From: Coraliomargarita sp.
GTDB lineage: Bacteria > Verrucomicrobiota > Verrucomicrobiia > Opitutales > Coraliomargaritaceae
NCBI GenBank assembly: GCA_965216325.1
Contig: OZ244160.1
Coordinates: 608,001 to 672,000 of the forward strand
Reading direction: 5' to 3'
DNA length: 64,000 nucleotides
Under the pieces are notes generated by a model, which saw only the letters and a list, made by a program, of their open reading frames with translations, was not told the DNA's origin and searched no databases. Both the position numbers and the translations under genes were made by a program. Positions 30,924 through 44,533 of this stretch are shown in pieces (position 1 is the first letter of the stretch; the number at the start of each line of letters is the position of its first letter).

Positions 30924-33023
30924 TTACATATCGATATGGAACAGACCGCGACCTTCTTTTTCGTCAGATGCTGCTTCGTTTTCCTCTGAATTTTCTTCAG
31001 TTTCGTTATACTGATTCGAGTATTCAGGAATGACGCTTTCCTCGACGTAAGTGTCACCTAAATCTTGCTTAATGATGTAGTCGCGGATGATAGCTGAATC
31101 GATTGCATTCTGGATCTCCTTATCGGTTTCAGTTGCCGCATCTTCTGGGCTGGTGAGGACCGTTGGCTGTAGGAAGATGATGAGTTCAATGCGCTGGTAG
31201 TCACGTCCCTTGCTGCCAAATAGGCCGCCGATCAGTGGCAAGTCGCCCAAGCCCTCAAGCGAGCTATCGGATTGATCTTGGCGGTTCTCCTGCAGGCCAC
31301 CGAGGACGATCACATCCTGATCGCTGACACTAACAAATGATTTTGCTTCGCGCTTGGTAATAATCGGTTGGTCGTTTTGGTCGATGCGCACCGTTCCACT
31401 GACGTCTTCGATTAACTGTTCCACTTCCATTTGGACGGTGCCGTCCGCGCCGATGAGGGGGGTCACAGTTAATTGGATACCGATGTCACGATATTCGACG
31501 GTGCTTCGAGTATTGTTATTACTGTCTAGGGAGCTGGTAGATGAAGTGACGATTGGGCGCGACTCACTGACGTTGATGACCGCTTCCTGATTGTGGCTCA
31601 CGACGATAACCGGTGTAGAAATAATGCGCACGTTGGATTTGCTTTCGGCGGTGCCGAGAACCAAGTCCATGCTGAAATCCTTCAGAGAGAATACTGCGCT
31701 GGATCCCGCCGCGGTAGTGCCCCCAATGTTAATCTCATTGCTGTCCTCTAGATTGTAATCGAGTTCGAAGCTATCGATGCCGCGAGATTCATCGTCGCGT
31801 AGGCCAACTTGTGTAATGATCGCTTCAATACGAACCTGCGGTAGAGGGCGGTCGATTTTGTCGATTAGATCTTTCAATGTACGTAGGTCGCTTTGAGTGC
31901 CGTAGGCGACAATCGAATTGGTGCGTTCGTCTGCAGAGAGGCCAACGAAATTGGAGAATTGAAGGGTGCTACTTGCCTCGCCGCCAGCAGCGGCAACTGC
32001 GCTTGGTGGTGGGGTCGGTGCATCTTTGTTTGCAGTAGTATTGCTGTTGTCGCGATTCACCTTGGCATCCTCTTCGCGGCCTTCTTCTTGGCCGCTGATA
32101 ATGTTCTCAATGATTGGGACGACTTCTTCGGCTTTGGCTTGGCGGAGTGGGAACACTTCGCTGCTAGTCAATGGCGCGGCATCGACGTCGATGTTTTCGA
32201 TGACGTCTTCTAGTATCGGCATATTGCTCGGGTGCGTGATGATGATGAGCTGGTTGCTACGTTCATCTGCAGTGACGCTGGTATTACCTTCAAGGTAGGC
32301 TTTAAGCGGGCCTTGTATCAGATTTTCGATGCGGTCTTGTAGCTCGGTCGCTTGCACGTAGTTGAGTTTGACGAACTGGATGGTCTCTCGAATCGTTTGT
32401 GCTTGGTCGGCTTCGCCTAGCACAGATTCGATGCGTTGTAGGTTAAGTAGGGCGTCTGTGATGAGTAGTGCATTGGACTTCGGGAAGATCACGACGCCGG
32501 AATTCGGGGAGAGCAGGGGCGCAACGATGGCCGTGTTGGCCTCCTCCGCGACGAGGTAGTCGAGGGGGAAGAGTTTGGCGTAGATTTGTTGGCTTGGGGC
32601 CATACTGAGCGTGCTCTCGGCGATCATTTGTGGCACGTGCCGGTTCACGTCGGTTGCAGGCACTGCTTTCATAAACTTGCCGCCCATGTCAGTGAGCATG
32701 ACACCGTTGAGCGTGAGTAAACTTTCCAACGCGAGCACCGCTTCACTTTTGGTGAGTGGGCCGTTGGAATTGAAGTTAATTTTTACCTGGATGTCCTGAC
32801 GGCGCAGAATGATTTTGCCGGTGATCGTTTCGAGCAGATTCAATACCTGCGAGGCGGACTCGTCCACTAGAATGAGTGTGCCAATCACTTCTTCCGGGGA
32901 TTCGACTTGTGGCTCAAGCGGAACGATCGGCGCTGTCGGTGTGGGAACGGCGGGTTGTGCGAATGCGGGCCCGACGAGGAGACCGAGGGCGAGCAAAAGG
33001 GTGAGTGGGCGTAGGCGTTGCAT
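30924..33023 (-). CDS. gspD: Type II secretion secretin
   Basis: Repeated N-domains (ADERSNQLII, ADERTNSIV), PQVRIEAII, YRDIGIQLTVTP, VLGGL, LGDLPLIGGLF. Confidence 0.92.
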   Translation of the reverse strand: MQRLRPLTLLLALGLLVGPAFAQPAVPTPTAPIVPLEPQVESPEEVIGTLILVDESASQVLNLLETITGKIILRRQDIQVKINFNSNGPLTKSEAVLALESLLTLNGVMLTDMGGKFMKAVPATDVNRHVPQMIAESTLSMAPSQQIYAKLFPLDYLVAEEANTAIVAPLLSPNSGVVIFPKSNALLITDALLNLQRIESVLGEADQAQTIRETIQFVKLNYVQATELQDRIENLIQGPLKAYLEGNTSVTADERSNQLIIITHPSNMPILEDVIENIDVDAAPLTSSEVFPLRQAKAEEVVPIIENIISGQEEGREEDAKVNRDNSNTTANKDAPTPPPSAVAAAGGEASSTLQFSNFVGLSADERTNSIVAYGTQSDLRTLKDLIDKIDRPLPQVRIEAIITQVGLRDDESRGIDSFELDYNLEDSNEINIGGTTAAGSSAVFSLKDFSMDLVLGTAESKSNVRIISTPVIVVSHNQEAVINVSESRPIVTSSTSSLDSNNNTRSTVEYRDIGIQLTVTPLIGADGTVQMEVEQLIEDVSGTVRIDQNDQPIITKREAKSFVSVSDQDVIVLGGLQENRQDQSDSSLEGLGDLPLIGGLFGSKGRDYQRIELIIFLQPTVLTSPEDAATETDKEIQNAIDSAIIRDYIIKQDLGDTYVEESVIPEYSNQYNETEENSEENEAASDEKEGRGLFHIDM

Positions 33024-33029
33024 GGAAAG

Positions 33030-33066
33030 TTGAACCGTTAATTGACGTTAATGAACGTTAATTTTT
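33030..33066. repeat. Single arm of the TGAACCGTTAA family directly upstream of gspD
   Basis: TTGAACCGTTAA-TTGACGTTAA-TGAACGTTAA-TTTTTT, three 10-bp units. Confidence 0.7.
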
Positions 33067-33142
33067 TGTGGATGGCTTGGAATTCGTTGACGGTGTAAAG
33101 TTTGGTTTGGTGGAAGTCCGTGGCTGCTTTCTGATCTCTGGC

Positions 33143-33694
33143 CTATTGGCGTTTCAGTTCGAAGGAATTGATTTCAAAGCGGGCGTCGATTTCGGTCTCT
33201 TTATTACGGACCGGAGTTAGGGTGATTTTTTCGATGTTGATGTATGGGCTTTCGTCGCGAATACGGCTGTTGAAGTCAATGACTTGGCCGATGTCGATAC
33301 GGCGTAGGCGAACACGGATGTTGTGGTCGTCGAAGATTTCACCCTCACGGGTTTTGACTGGGTTGATCTCGGCTTTGGTGGCGAGGCCCACTTGGCGCAC
33401 GATGTCGTCGATACGACCGGCGAGCTGGGAGGCGGAGAAGGTCTTATTTGGCTCAACGCGTTCCAGAGCTTGTTGATATTCGGCTGTGATTACTTTTTCA
33501 ATATCGAGCCGTTCTTGTTGTTTCCTCAAGTAATACCCTGCATCAGAAAAATCCGATTTCCACTGGTTGCCTCGTTGGAGTAGGCTGTTGGTCCAGAGGA
33601 AGAGCATCACCAAAATAAAGAGAAGTGCGAGAAGCTTCTCACGCACACTCATACGCAGGAAGACCCGCCGTGCTATCGCGATTGCTTTACGCAT
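33143..33694 (-). CDS. GspM/PilO-like inner-membrane protein
   Basis: S.REK followed by a TM helix, coiled coil and ferredoxin-like C-terminus; operon position. Confidence 0.7.
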   Translation of the reverse strand: MRKAIAIARRVFLRMSVREKLLALLFILVMLFLWTNSLLQRGNQWKSDFSDAGYYLRKQQERLDIEKVITAEYQQALERVEPNKTFSASQLAGRIDDIVRQVGLATKAEINPVKTREGEIFDDHNIRVRLRRIDIGQVIDFNSRIRDESPYINIEKITLTPVRNKETEIDARFEINSFELKRQ

Positions 33695-34907
33695 TGTCGG
33701 CCTCCTCGGTCGGTGCGCTCTCGTCGGCTTCGGTGGTTACTTCGGCTGGCGGTTCTTCTGCTGGTATATAGCTCAGCTGCACCATAAAGGATGTTTTGGC
33801 TCCGGAGCGCTTGGAGTTGTCCTTAAGAATCTCAAACTGTCCGGTTTGCTTGAGCTGATTGATGTAATTGTTGAACTCGTTGATGCCTCCCGCGATACCG
33901 TCGATAATGGCTTCGTTCTGGCCCTCAATCGTTGCTCCGGTAAAGTAAATGCCGGGGGGGCGGATGTTATTCAGGGCGCGGAGCATGCTGATCGGCTGCA
34001 AATTGTTTTGTTCGATTTGCACTAGCTTGTTCTTCAATTCGTCGCGCTCGTTGATCTCGTCTACTGTCGGTTGCTGTGCTTTGATTTTCACTTCACGCTG
34101 CTCTAGTAGCACAGTGCTGCCGTAGTTAAGGCCTTCACCGATTAGTAGGAGTATTGCAAATATTGCGGCCCATGCAGTGATGCGGACCAGCCAGCTGCCG
34201 AGGCGGCGGGCATTACGCTCGTTCTTTTTGAACTCTTGGCTGCGCACATCGGCTTGCCAGAGCTGATCTTGTGTCGGGACGAGTTCAGTGTATTGAGTGT
34301 CCGCATCCGTTTCGCCGTGCTTGAGCGAATTATGAAAACGGAAGGTTGCCGAGCCATCTTCGTCGACGCTTTGGCTGGCGGGGAACAGTGTCACGCGGGC
34401 GGAGTCGTTGCTGAGTTGTGGTGCTTGTTGGCGCAGCTCTACGATGGTATCTTCAGAGTCCTCTTCTTGATCACATTTACGCACATTTGCGTAGGTCGGC
34501 ACGCTTTGGCCTTTGTGGAAGTGGAGGAGGCTGAGGCTGTTGGCTCCCTGCACGAGGACTTCGGTGTCTGTGGGGAAGAAGGTGCTGACCAGAGGCGCGA
34601 AGTCCGGTAGCACCCATGCGTAGCTGTTAATGTCCTCAAATCCGGCACGCTTCACGCAATCGCGATGTGCGGCGTAGAGCAGAATGCTGTCCGCCTCTTG
34701 GTCGTGCAGGTAGCCCCACAGCAGTTGCTCAATCGGGAAGGGGGAGCTCGCTTCGAGGCTGATTTCAGCAAAGTCGTTGAGTTCGTTGGTCTCGATGCCT
34801 GCCGGAATCTCGAGACGCTCCAAATAAAATAGATAGCCCGGCAAGGTGAGCGCTTGCTCGCCCTTGGTGGGGTCCATGAGGCTATCGAGTGAGAATCCGT
34901 TTTTCAC
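33687..34907 (-). CDS. GspL/PilN-like protein
   Basis: Cytoplasmic domain with SPFPIE, a single TM and a PilN-like periplasmic domain; operon position. Confidence 0.7.
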   Translation of the reverse strand: MKNGFSLDSLMDPTKGEQALTLPGYLFYLERLEIPAGIETNELNDFAEISLEASSPFPIEQLLWGYLHDQEADSILLYAAHRDCVKRAGFEDINSYAWVLPDFAPLVSTFFPTDTEVLVQGANSLSLLHFHKGQSVPTYANVRKCDQEEDSEDTIVELRQQAPQLSNDSARVTLFPASQSVDEDGSATFRFHNSLKHGETDADTQYTELVPTQDQLWQADVRSQEFKKNERNARRLGSWLVRITAWAAIFAILLLIGEGLNYGSTVLLEQREVKIKAQQPTVDEINERDELKNKLVQIEQNNLQPISMLRALNNIRPPGIYFTGATIEGQNEAIIDGIAGGINEFNNYINQLKQTGQFEILKDNSKRSGAKTSFMVQLSYIPAEEPPAEVTTEADESAPTEEADNA

Positions 34908-34940
34908 GTTTTTGGTAGGAGTGCTAGTGAATCAAAGGGT

Positions 34941-37029
<2,089 letters not shown>

Positions 37030-37030
<1 letters not shown>

Positions 37031-37599
37031 TATCGGAAATCGCGGTTGCTCTCGAGCTCGTCCTTTTTATCGGCTAGCAGATCACTGCGTTCATCGGCTT
37101 CGGACCAAGTAGGACGTAGTAGGTAGAGCGTTTCGCTGTAGCTGTTGTCTTGGCCTTCTTCGGGCTCGCTAAATTGTATTCGGAGTTCGACTTGGAAGAG
37201 GTCGACGACGTTTGTGGCCTGGATTGTTGCCTCCCAAGAGGCTTCGCCATTACTGTAGGTTTCAATTCCGCCGCCGTCTTCGGCTGCCTCAAGCTCTGGT
37301 TCGAGGAGGAGTTGCATGCGCACGGTGCGGATATCGGCTTCGTAGTTGTCGTTACTGACGCCATGTTCTCGAGCAAGGAGAGCATTGGTGAAGGCTTGGC
37401 TGAGCACGACCGCTGCACCTGCAAAGATCGCGAGGGCGATCACGACTTCAATGAGTGTAAAGCCACGCGGTGAGGGTGGCTGGGGTGTTGGTTGTTGGGA
37501 GGTCGGGCTGGCGCGTCCCGCGCCGCATTGTGAATCTTGGCTAGGGATACGTGGTGCGCACCGAGGACGGTGCTGCGCTAGCTTTGGCGGCTCCATCAT
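37030..37599 (-). CDS. Minor pseudopilin GspI-like with extended REP-derived leader
   Basis: [13 protein letters not shown] prepilin motif. Confidence 0.82.
37502..37581. repeat. REP doublet inside the gspI-like 5' coding region
   Basis: GTCGGGCTGGCGCGTCCCGCGCCGC ... GCGCACCGAGGACGGTGCTGCGCTAG. Confidence 0.75.
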
Positions 37600-38186
37600 T
37601 CCGGTGCCCTCACTAGGTTGGAGAACGGGTCGAAGATCATGCGTTCGTCTGCACCGCTGCCATAATCAAGTTCGACGACAAATGGGCTGGAACTACGATC
37701 CGGTGCAAAGCGAACTTCGGTAGTTTCCATCTGCGTGCGCTCGGGGTCTTGTGGTGGACTTAGGCCCGCGCTTGCTGGCACCAGATAAAAGCGCACTTCA
37801 GCACTGCGCTCGGAACTGAAAGGTTCACCGAGTGGGAAGCTCTCACTATCTCCAGTGTCGCTGGCTATTTTCAAGGAGCCCGTCTCTGCGTCGTAACTCA
37901 GACTGGTGGTGCTGCGGCTCCGGGCTGCCATAAAGCGTGCTTCGCGGGTGGCTTGGAGTAGGATTTCGTCGGCCGGGACCTCATCGGTCCGTTCGGTCAT
38001 ACTGACGAAGTTCATGATGAACAGGCCCGTTACGGCAGCAATCAGCCCCAGCACGAGGCAGATTTCAATGAGGGTAAAGCCCGATGCGCGATGCACCCGT
38101 TTACTCTGCCCAGTTGCCGATGTCGTCGCCGCCACCTTCTTTGCCGTCGGGGCCCCAAGACCACACGTCGTAGCCGCTGGCTCCAT
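37596..38186 (-). CDS. Minor pseudopilin GspH-like (start uncertain)
   Basis: ASG-FTLIEI prepilin motif; 5' end overlaps or abuts the gspG 3' end. Confidence 0.8.
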   Translation of the reverse strand: MEPAATTCGLGAPTAKKVAATTSATGQSKRVHRASGFTLIEICLVLGLIAAVTGLFIMNFVSMTERTDEVPADEILLQATREARFMAARSRSTTSLSYDAETGSLKIASDTGDSESFPLGEPFSSERSAEVRFYLVPASAGLSPPQDPERTQMETTEVRFAPDRSSSPFVVELDYGSGADERMIFDPFSNLVRAPE

Positions 38187-38559
38187 TGATGTTACGTGAT
38201 CCTGGGAATTTGTATTGATAGGGGTTCCCCCATGGGTCGATCGCTTGTTCTTTCAGGTAAGGGCCTTTCCACTTCTTCTCTTTACCCGATGGTGCTTTCA
38301 ACAGTGCGGCAAGCCCTTGTTCGGTATTTGGGTAACTGCCGGTGTCGATGCGGTAGGGGACGAGTGCCGAGTCGAGCGTGTTTTTGACAAAGGTTTGTGC
38401 GATCTTCTCCTGTTGACCTCCAAAGATGCCGCCTAAGTTGCCGATGGCGACAGTTGCCAGCACCGCGATCAGGGCGATGACGATCAAAATCTCGACCAAG
38501 CTAAAGCCACTCTTGCGGTGGTGCTTGCGTGAGGAACGTGGGTGTATGGAGGTCTGCAT
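38101..38559 (-). CDS. gspG: Major pseudopilin GspG
   Basis: [44 protein letters not shown] 38559. Confidence 0.95.
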   Translation of the reverse strand: MQTSIHPRSSRKHHRKSGFSLVEILIVIALIAVLATVAIGNLGGIFGGQQEKIAQTFVKNTLDSALVPYRIDTGSYPNTEQGLAALLKAPSGKEKKWKGPYLKEQAIDPWGNPYQYKFPGSRNINGASGYDVWSWGPDGKEGGGDDIGNWAE

Positions 38560-38648
38560 AATTGAGAAAAAGACTAGCTGCGGGGGCTCTTGTTCCGCTA
38601 GAAATGCCACTTTGGCGATCAAAAGTTGGTTACATTTGTGTGTCTAAG

Positions 38649-39077
38649 CTAGACACCTTCGGCACGCAGTCGCACGACTTCGTCATAAATTTCGGGGCTG
38701 AAGTATTGCTCGTCGTTCTGCACGGCCTTAATCGCCTGCTCGAGCTCTTCGAGACCGGAGATTTTGTTGATGAAGCCATCGGCCTTGCCCTTGACGGCTA
38801 TTTTAACGGTGGTCGGGGAGGTTTTGCCAGTGAAAATCAGGATTTTGATTTTTGGAAATTTGCGCTTCAGCAGATGTAAAATCTCTAGGCCGTTTACTTC
38901 CGGGAGCTGGATGTCGACGATTACCAGATCGGGCGCTAGCTCGAGGCATTTTTCAACGCCTTCGCCACCATCGCCGGTCATGCCGAGCACTTCAAGGTCA
39001 GGGAAGGAATTGGTGAAAAAGGTTGAGAGCAGAGTGCGGAGGATTTCTTCATCCTCAATGATGTAGACGGATTTCAT
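38649..39077 (-). CDS. Stand-alone receiver-domain response regulator (NarL-type REC, no HTH)
   Basis: IIEDE, VDIQLP, FT, GFINK; ends shortly after YFSP. Confidence 0.85.
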   Translation of the reverse strand: MKSVYIIEDEEILRTLLSTFFTNSFPDLEVLGMTGDGGEGVEKCLELAPDLVIVDIQLPEVNGLEILHLLKRKFPKIKILIFTGKTSPTTVKIAVKGKADGFINKISGLEELEQAIKAVQNDEQYFSPEIYDEVVRLRAEGV

Positions 39078-39268
39078 AGGCTCTATTTTAGGTGAAAAGT
39101 CGTTGATTTATCATTTGTAGGAAGTCACGAGTGTCGAGGGGTTTTTCGGCTTTCAACAAGAAAATCCGTTAGTTGTGAATGGCCTGTAAATTGGAAGCGA
39201 AGGGCACCTGCAGAATAGTCTCGCAGGTGGAGCGCTTAATGGCTTTCTAGCAAGGCTTTGACTTTTTT

Positions 39269-40279
39269 ATGACACTTGCGCTGATCAATCTTCCCTATGC
39301 TGATTACGGACTCTGGCTCTTGCTGGTGCTCTTGGTGATCGGCTTCGCGGGACTCACTTTTGGCGGGGATTATCTGACCAATGGTGCCGCTGCGATTTCC
39401 GTGAACATGAAGATTGATCCAATCGTGGTTGGTCTGACGGTGGTTTCGATCGCGACCTCGATGCCGGAGATGGCGACTTCGTTAATGGCAGCGAAAAGTA
39501 ATCCGGGCATCGCACTGGGGAATATTTTGGGCAGTAATATCGCCAATATCGGTCTTATTCTTGGCATTGCCGCGATCATCGCGCCCTTGAAGATCAATAT
39601 GCGCCTAATTCGTCGCGAGGTGCCGATCATGATCGGGGTCACTTTGCTGTTCAGCGAATTTGCGCTCGGTGGCGGGTTTCATCGCTTTGAGGGCTTTGTG
39701 CTCTTAGCGCTGACCGTCTTGTATCTGGTCTATGTGGTCCGTGGTGCGAAGAAAGAAGATTCGGAGTCGGTGGCCGAAGAGTTCGCCGAGGGTGCAGAGG
39801 AGATTCCTCAGAAGTCGACGCCGCTTGCGTTATCGCTGATACTTGTTGGTGGAGGGCTGTTGGCGCTGGGCGCTGATTTTCTGGTTGGCTCCAGTGTGGA
39901 GTTGGCCCTGCGCATGGGAGCGAGCGATCTCTTCGTGGGGCTGACGATTGTGGCGATTGGCACGAGCTTGCCTGAGTTGGCGGCTGCGGTTGCTGCGGTG
40001 CGGGCGGGGCACGGCGATATCTGCGCGGGGAATATCGTGGGGTCCAACCTGTTTAATATGCTGCTGATCGGTGGTGGTGTGTCGGCGTTTGCTGGGATGG
40101 ATGTGCGCGACGAGCTCTTGTTGATCGAATTTCCGGCGCTGGTGATTCTTTCAGCCCTGCTACTATGGATGTTTAAGAGCGGGCATATCGTGACCCGTCG
40201 CGAAGGAGTGTTCTTGCTTTTGCTTTACTTCAGCATTCTCTCCGTGTCCGCGCTCTCGCAGTTTGGTTATCTTTTCTAA
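39269..40279 (+). CDS. Calcium/sodium antiporter (CaCA, YrbG-like)
   Basis: Two alpha repeats [16 protein letters not shown] and [16 protein letters not shown]. Confidence 0.92.
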   Translation: MTLALINLPYADYGLWLLLVLLVIGFAGLTFGGDYLTNGAAAISVNMKIDPIVVGLTVVSIATSMPEMATSLMAAKSNPGIALGNILGSNIANIGLILGIAAIIAPLKINMRLIRREVPIMIGVTLLFSEFALGGGFHRFEGFVLLALTVLYLVYVVRGAKKEDSESVAEEFAEGAEEIPQKSTPLALSLILVGGGLLALGADFLVGSSVELALRMGASDLFVGLTIVAIGTSLPELAAAVAAVRAGHGDICAGNIVGSNLFNMLLIGGGVSAFAGMDVRDELLLIEFPALVILSALLLWMFKSGHIVTRREGVFLLLLYFSILSVSALSQFGYLF

Positions 40280-40301
40280 TTTAATCTCAATCCGAAATCT
40301 C

Positions 40302-41879
<1,578 letters not shown>

Positions 41880-41899
41880 GCGCGCTGAATTCAAATTTC

Positions 41900-41934
41900 A
41901 AAGCCCCGCAGCCAAGTGCTCGCGGGGCTTTTTT
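41900..41934 (+). terminator. Intrinsic terminator after gpmI
   Basis: AAAGCCCCGC...GCGGGGCTTTTTT. Confidence 0.85.
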
Positions 41935-41938
41935 ATAT

Positions 41939-41999
41939 GTAGCACAGTCGTCTCGCCTGTGCCCAGAGTTTGAATACACAGGCAAGATGCCTGTGCGAC
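41939..41999. repeat. GTAG REP doublet
   Basis: GTAGCACAGTCGTCTCGCCTGTG ... CACAGGCAAGATGCCTGTGCGAC. Confidence 0.8.
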
Positions 42000-42001
42000 C
42001 T

Positions 42002-44530
42002 TTACCACTTCGCAGTCAGCGTGAATTCAAAACGGCGAGGCAGCTCGGCGTAAACCGAGTCGTTGCCATAGAGGCCATTGACCGCACCCCAGTTCTCTTC
42101 GTCGGTTGCATTCAATACATAGAGCGCGGCCTCCCAGCGGTCAGTGGCGTATTTAAAGCCCAAATCGACGGAGTATTGCCAAGGAATCTCGGCTGAGCGG
42201 AGTGGTTCGCCTGTTGCGGCGCCAAAAGCGTTGGTTGTGTATTCACCTGGAACGTTAAACGCCAAATCAATTTCAGAGGTGATGACCAGACCGAGGGTTG
42301 CAGAAAAATTCTCGGTAAATTGGTATGCGAGCAAGCCATTGATGATATGATTGGGCACGCCCGGAGTGTCGGCATCGTAGCCATCGTAGGAGTAAAAGTC
42401 GTTGATCGGATGGCTGCCGCCGCTGGAGGGGACCTCGTCGATTGGGGTGCGTGTCGCATTCAGTCCATTACGAGTGGTTGAATCGATATAACTATAGCCA
42501 GCAACAATGTAGAACTTTCTGGAAGGTTGGAAGTGTAGTTCGGTTTCAAAACCTTGCGCTTCGATTTCTTGGTCTGAGCCTTCGGCAACTTGCTCAGTGC
42601 GCGTTTGGTAGAAAATATTCGCGGTGAAGAACATCGTGTTGTCCAGCCAGGATGATTTATAACCAAACTCGTAGAGTTCGCTCTCGATGTCGAAGGCATC
42701 TTCGTTGAGCTTACCGTTGATGTTGTCGTAATTTGGGTCGCTTGGATCGCCACTATATTCCAATGGCACTCCACCACCTGCGCCGATGGGGATCGACTCA
42801 CTGTAGTTGTAATTGAAATACAGGCGCTGGACCGGAGTCAGTTCATAGACAAATCCAATATTCGCGTTGGGCACGAAATCGCCATGACTGTCTTCTGCTT
42901 TCTCCAGGTCGGAAAAGTCTTCGCCTGGGTTGGTTGTTTGTAGATAACGAATCATGCTGCTGAACATCGGGTCAGCAGACTCGACGTATACATAATCGAG
43001 ACGCCCGCCGACTAGTACTGATAGACGCTCATTCAGATCAACTTGATCCTGTAGGAAGATGCCCGCGGCTGTTGTTTGCGAGTCATTGGAGTCGCCGTTG
43101 CCCAGCACGAATCCGGTAGGTGTTAGATAGCTGGAGGTGGTTGAACCAGGGCGCCCCAGTGTCAGACGGCCGCGGGCACTTTCGCCGGAAATGGGGAAGG
43201 CATTATAGAAGCCGCCAGAGCTGAAGACTGATGCGTCGGTGACGCCAATGTCGCTGTAGCTTTGGTTTGCCAAATCCCATGCATTGGCAGGTTCGTGGTA
43301 GAAGTCGTTGACGGCCCAGATGTCTTGATAGCTGAAGGCCGCACCTACATTGAGGTTGTGCAGAAAGCCTAGGAGTTCTTGGCTGGTCTGCACTTCGGTG
43401 CGATTTTCGAAGCGCCAGTTGTCGCGTAATACTTCACTGTATTGATACGCACTGTAAGTGTCGCGATCTAGGTATTGAAAGAGCGAATTGTTGAGGATCT
43501 TTAGGTCGCTGTCTGGGGTGAAGCTTTGAATCGCTTGAAAGGAGACATAGTCTCCTTCAGAGTCATCACCTGCGCCGTGGAGACGTGCTTCACGGTCGAT
43601 TTCAACGATGCCATCGGTATTGACTATATCAAAGAATCCAGTCGGCGGATTTCCTGCAGGAGCCGTGAAGCCGTCTTCCGCTCCTCCGGTAACATAGCGG
43701 TTATGATCGATTAGATCCTGGGTGGGGCGGTTGATGCCCCAATTCTCGGTGTAATCAGCATAGAAGTATTCGCCGATGAGTTCGAGCTGGTAGCGTTCAT
43801 TGGGCTGCCAGTCGAGTGCGCCGTAAAAGGCAAAGGTTTTACGCTTAAAGTCATCCCAGTAGTAGTCGTCGGTATCTTCGCCGGTGATGCTGACGCGCAT
43901 GGCAGCGGTGTCGGAGAGGACCCAATTCTGATCGATATTGGCTTTGCGCAGGCCCTCCGTGTCGGCGGTGATGCTGGCTTGGCCTTCATTGGTCCAGGTG
44001 GGGCGTTTCGTGATGAGGTCGGTGTAGCCCCCTACGTATTGAGAAACGCCGACCATGACGGACGGTGGGCCTTTGAGTATGTTGACCGATTCGACCGAGT
44101 TCATGTTCAAGGGCAGGCCGTTGCCATTGCTGGTCATCCCTTTGCGCATACCGTTGAGTAGTGTGTCAGCGACTTGACCCCGAATGCTGGGAGTCGTGGG
44201 TGCGCCGAAGTTGGATCCGGAATAGCTGGAAGTCGTTAGCTTGGTGAAGTCGCGGGGGTCTTTGAGGCTGATGGCTTCCAGTTGCGTGGGGGAAATGATC
44301 GTGATGTTGCGTGGGGTGTCGAGAATACCCATCTCATTGCCGTAAACGGATGAAAACAGGTGGTCATTCGGCAGTACGCTGTAGTCCGGACTATGCTTGG
44401 AAGTGACGATGTATTCCTCGAGTTCGTAGACGAGTTCCTCTTCACTGGAGGATTCCGTATCTGCTCCTAGGGCAAATGGCAGCGCTGCGGCAGTGATCAA
44501 CGCGGTAAAGGTCTGTCGTAGTGGGCTCAT
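42002..44530 (-). CDS. TonB-dependent receptor
   Basis: Signal peptide, EEYIVTS TonB box, plug ([19 protein letters not shown]), barrel ending [12 protein letters not shown]. Confidence 0.93.
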   Translation of the reverse strand: MSPLRQTFTALITAAALPFALGADTESSSEEELVYELEEYIVTSKHSPDYSVLPNDHLFSSVYGNEMGILDTPRNITIISPTQLEAISLKDPRDFTKLTTSSYSGSNFGAPTTPSIRGQVADTLLNGMRKGMTSNGNGLPLNMNSVESVNILKGPPSVMVGVSQYVGGYTDLITKRPTWTNEGQASITADTEGLRKANIDQNWVLSDTAAMRVSITGEDTDDYYWDDFKRKTFAFYGALDWQPNERYQLELIGEYFYADYTENWGINRPTQDLIDHNRYVTGGAEDGFTAPAGNPPTGFFDIVNTDGIVEIDREARLHGAGDDSEGDYVSFQAIQSFTPDSDLKILNNSLFQYLDRDTYSAYQYSEVLRDNWRFENRTEVQTSQELLGFLHNLNVGAAFSYQDIWAVNDFYHEPANAWDLANQSYSDIGVTDASVFSSGGFYNAFPISGESARGRLTLGRPGSTTSSYLTPTGFVLGNGDSNDSQTTAAGIFLQDQVDLNERLSVLVGGRLDYVYVESADPMFSSMIRYLQTTNPGEDFSDLEKAEDSHGDFVPNANIGFVYELTPVQRLYFNYNYSESIPIGAGGGVPLEYSGDPSDPNYDNINGKLNEDAFDIESELYEFGYKSSWLDNTMFFTANIFYQTRTEQVAEGSDQEIEAQGFETELHFQPSRKFYIVAGYSYIDSTTRNGLNATRTPIDEVPSSGGSHPINDFYSYDGYDADTPGVPNHIINGLLAYQFTENFSATLGLVITSEIDLAFNVPGEYTTNAFGAATGEPLRSAEIPWQYSVDLGFKYATDRWEAALYVLNATDEENWGAVNGLYGNDSVYAELPRRFEFTLTAKW

Positions 44531-44533
44531 TGA

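Noticed and set aside
38101..38186. 86-bp gspG/gspH overlap as a novel overlapping-gene system
   Set aside because: Short overlaps of the gspH start with the gspG end are common, and downstream GTG starts would shrink or remove it.
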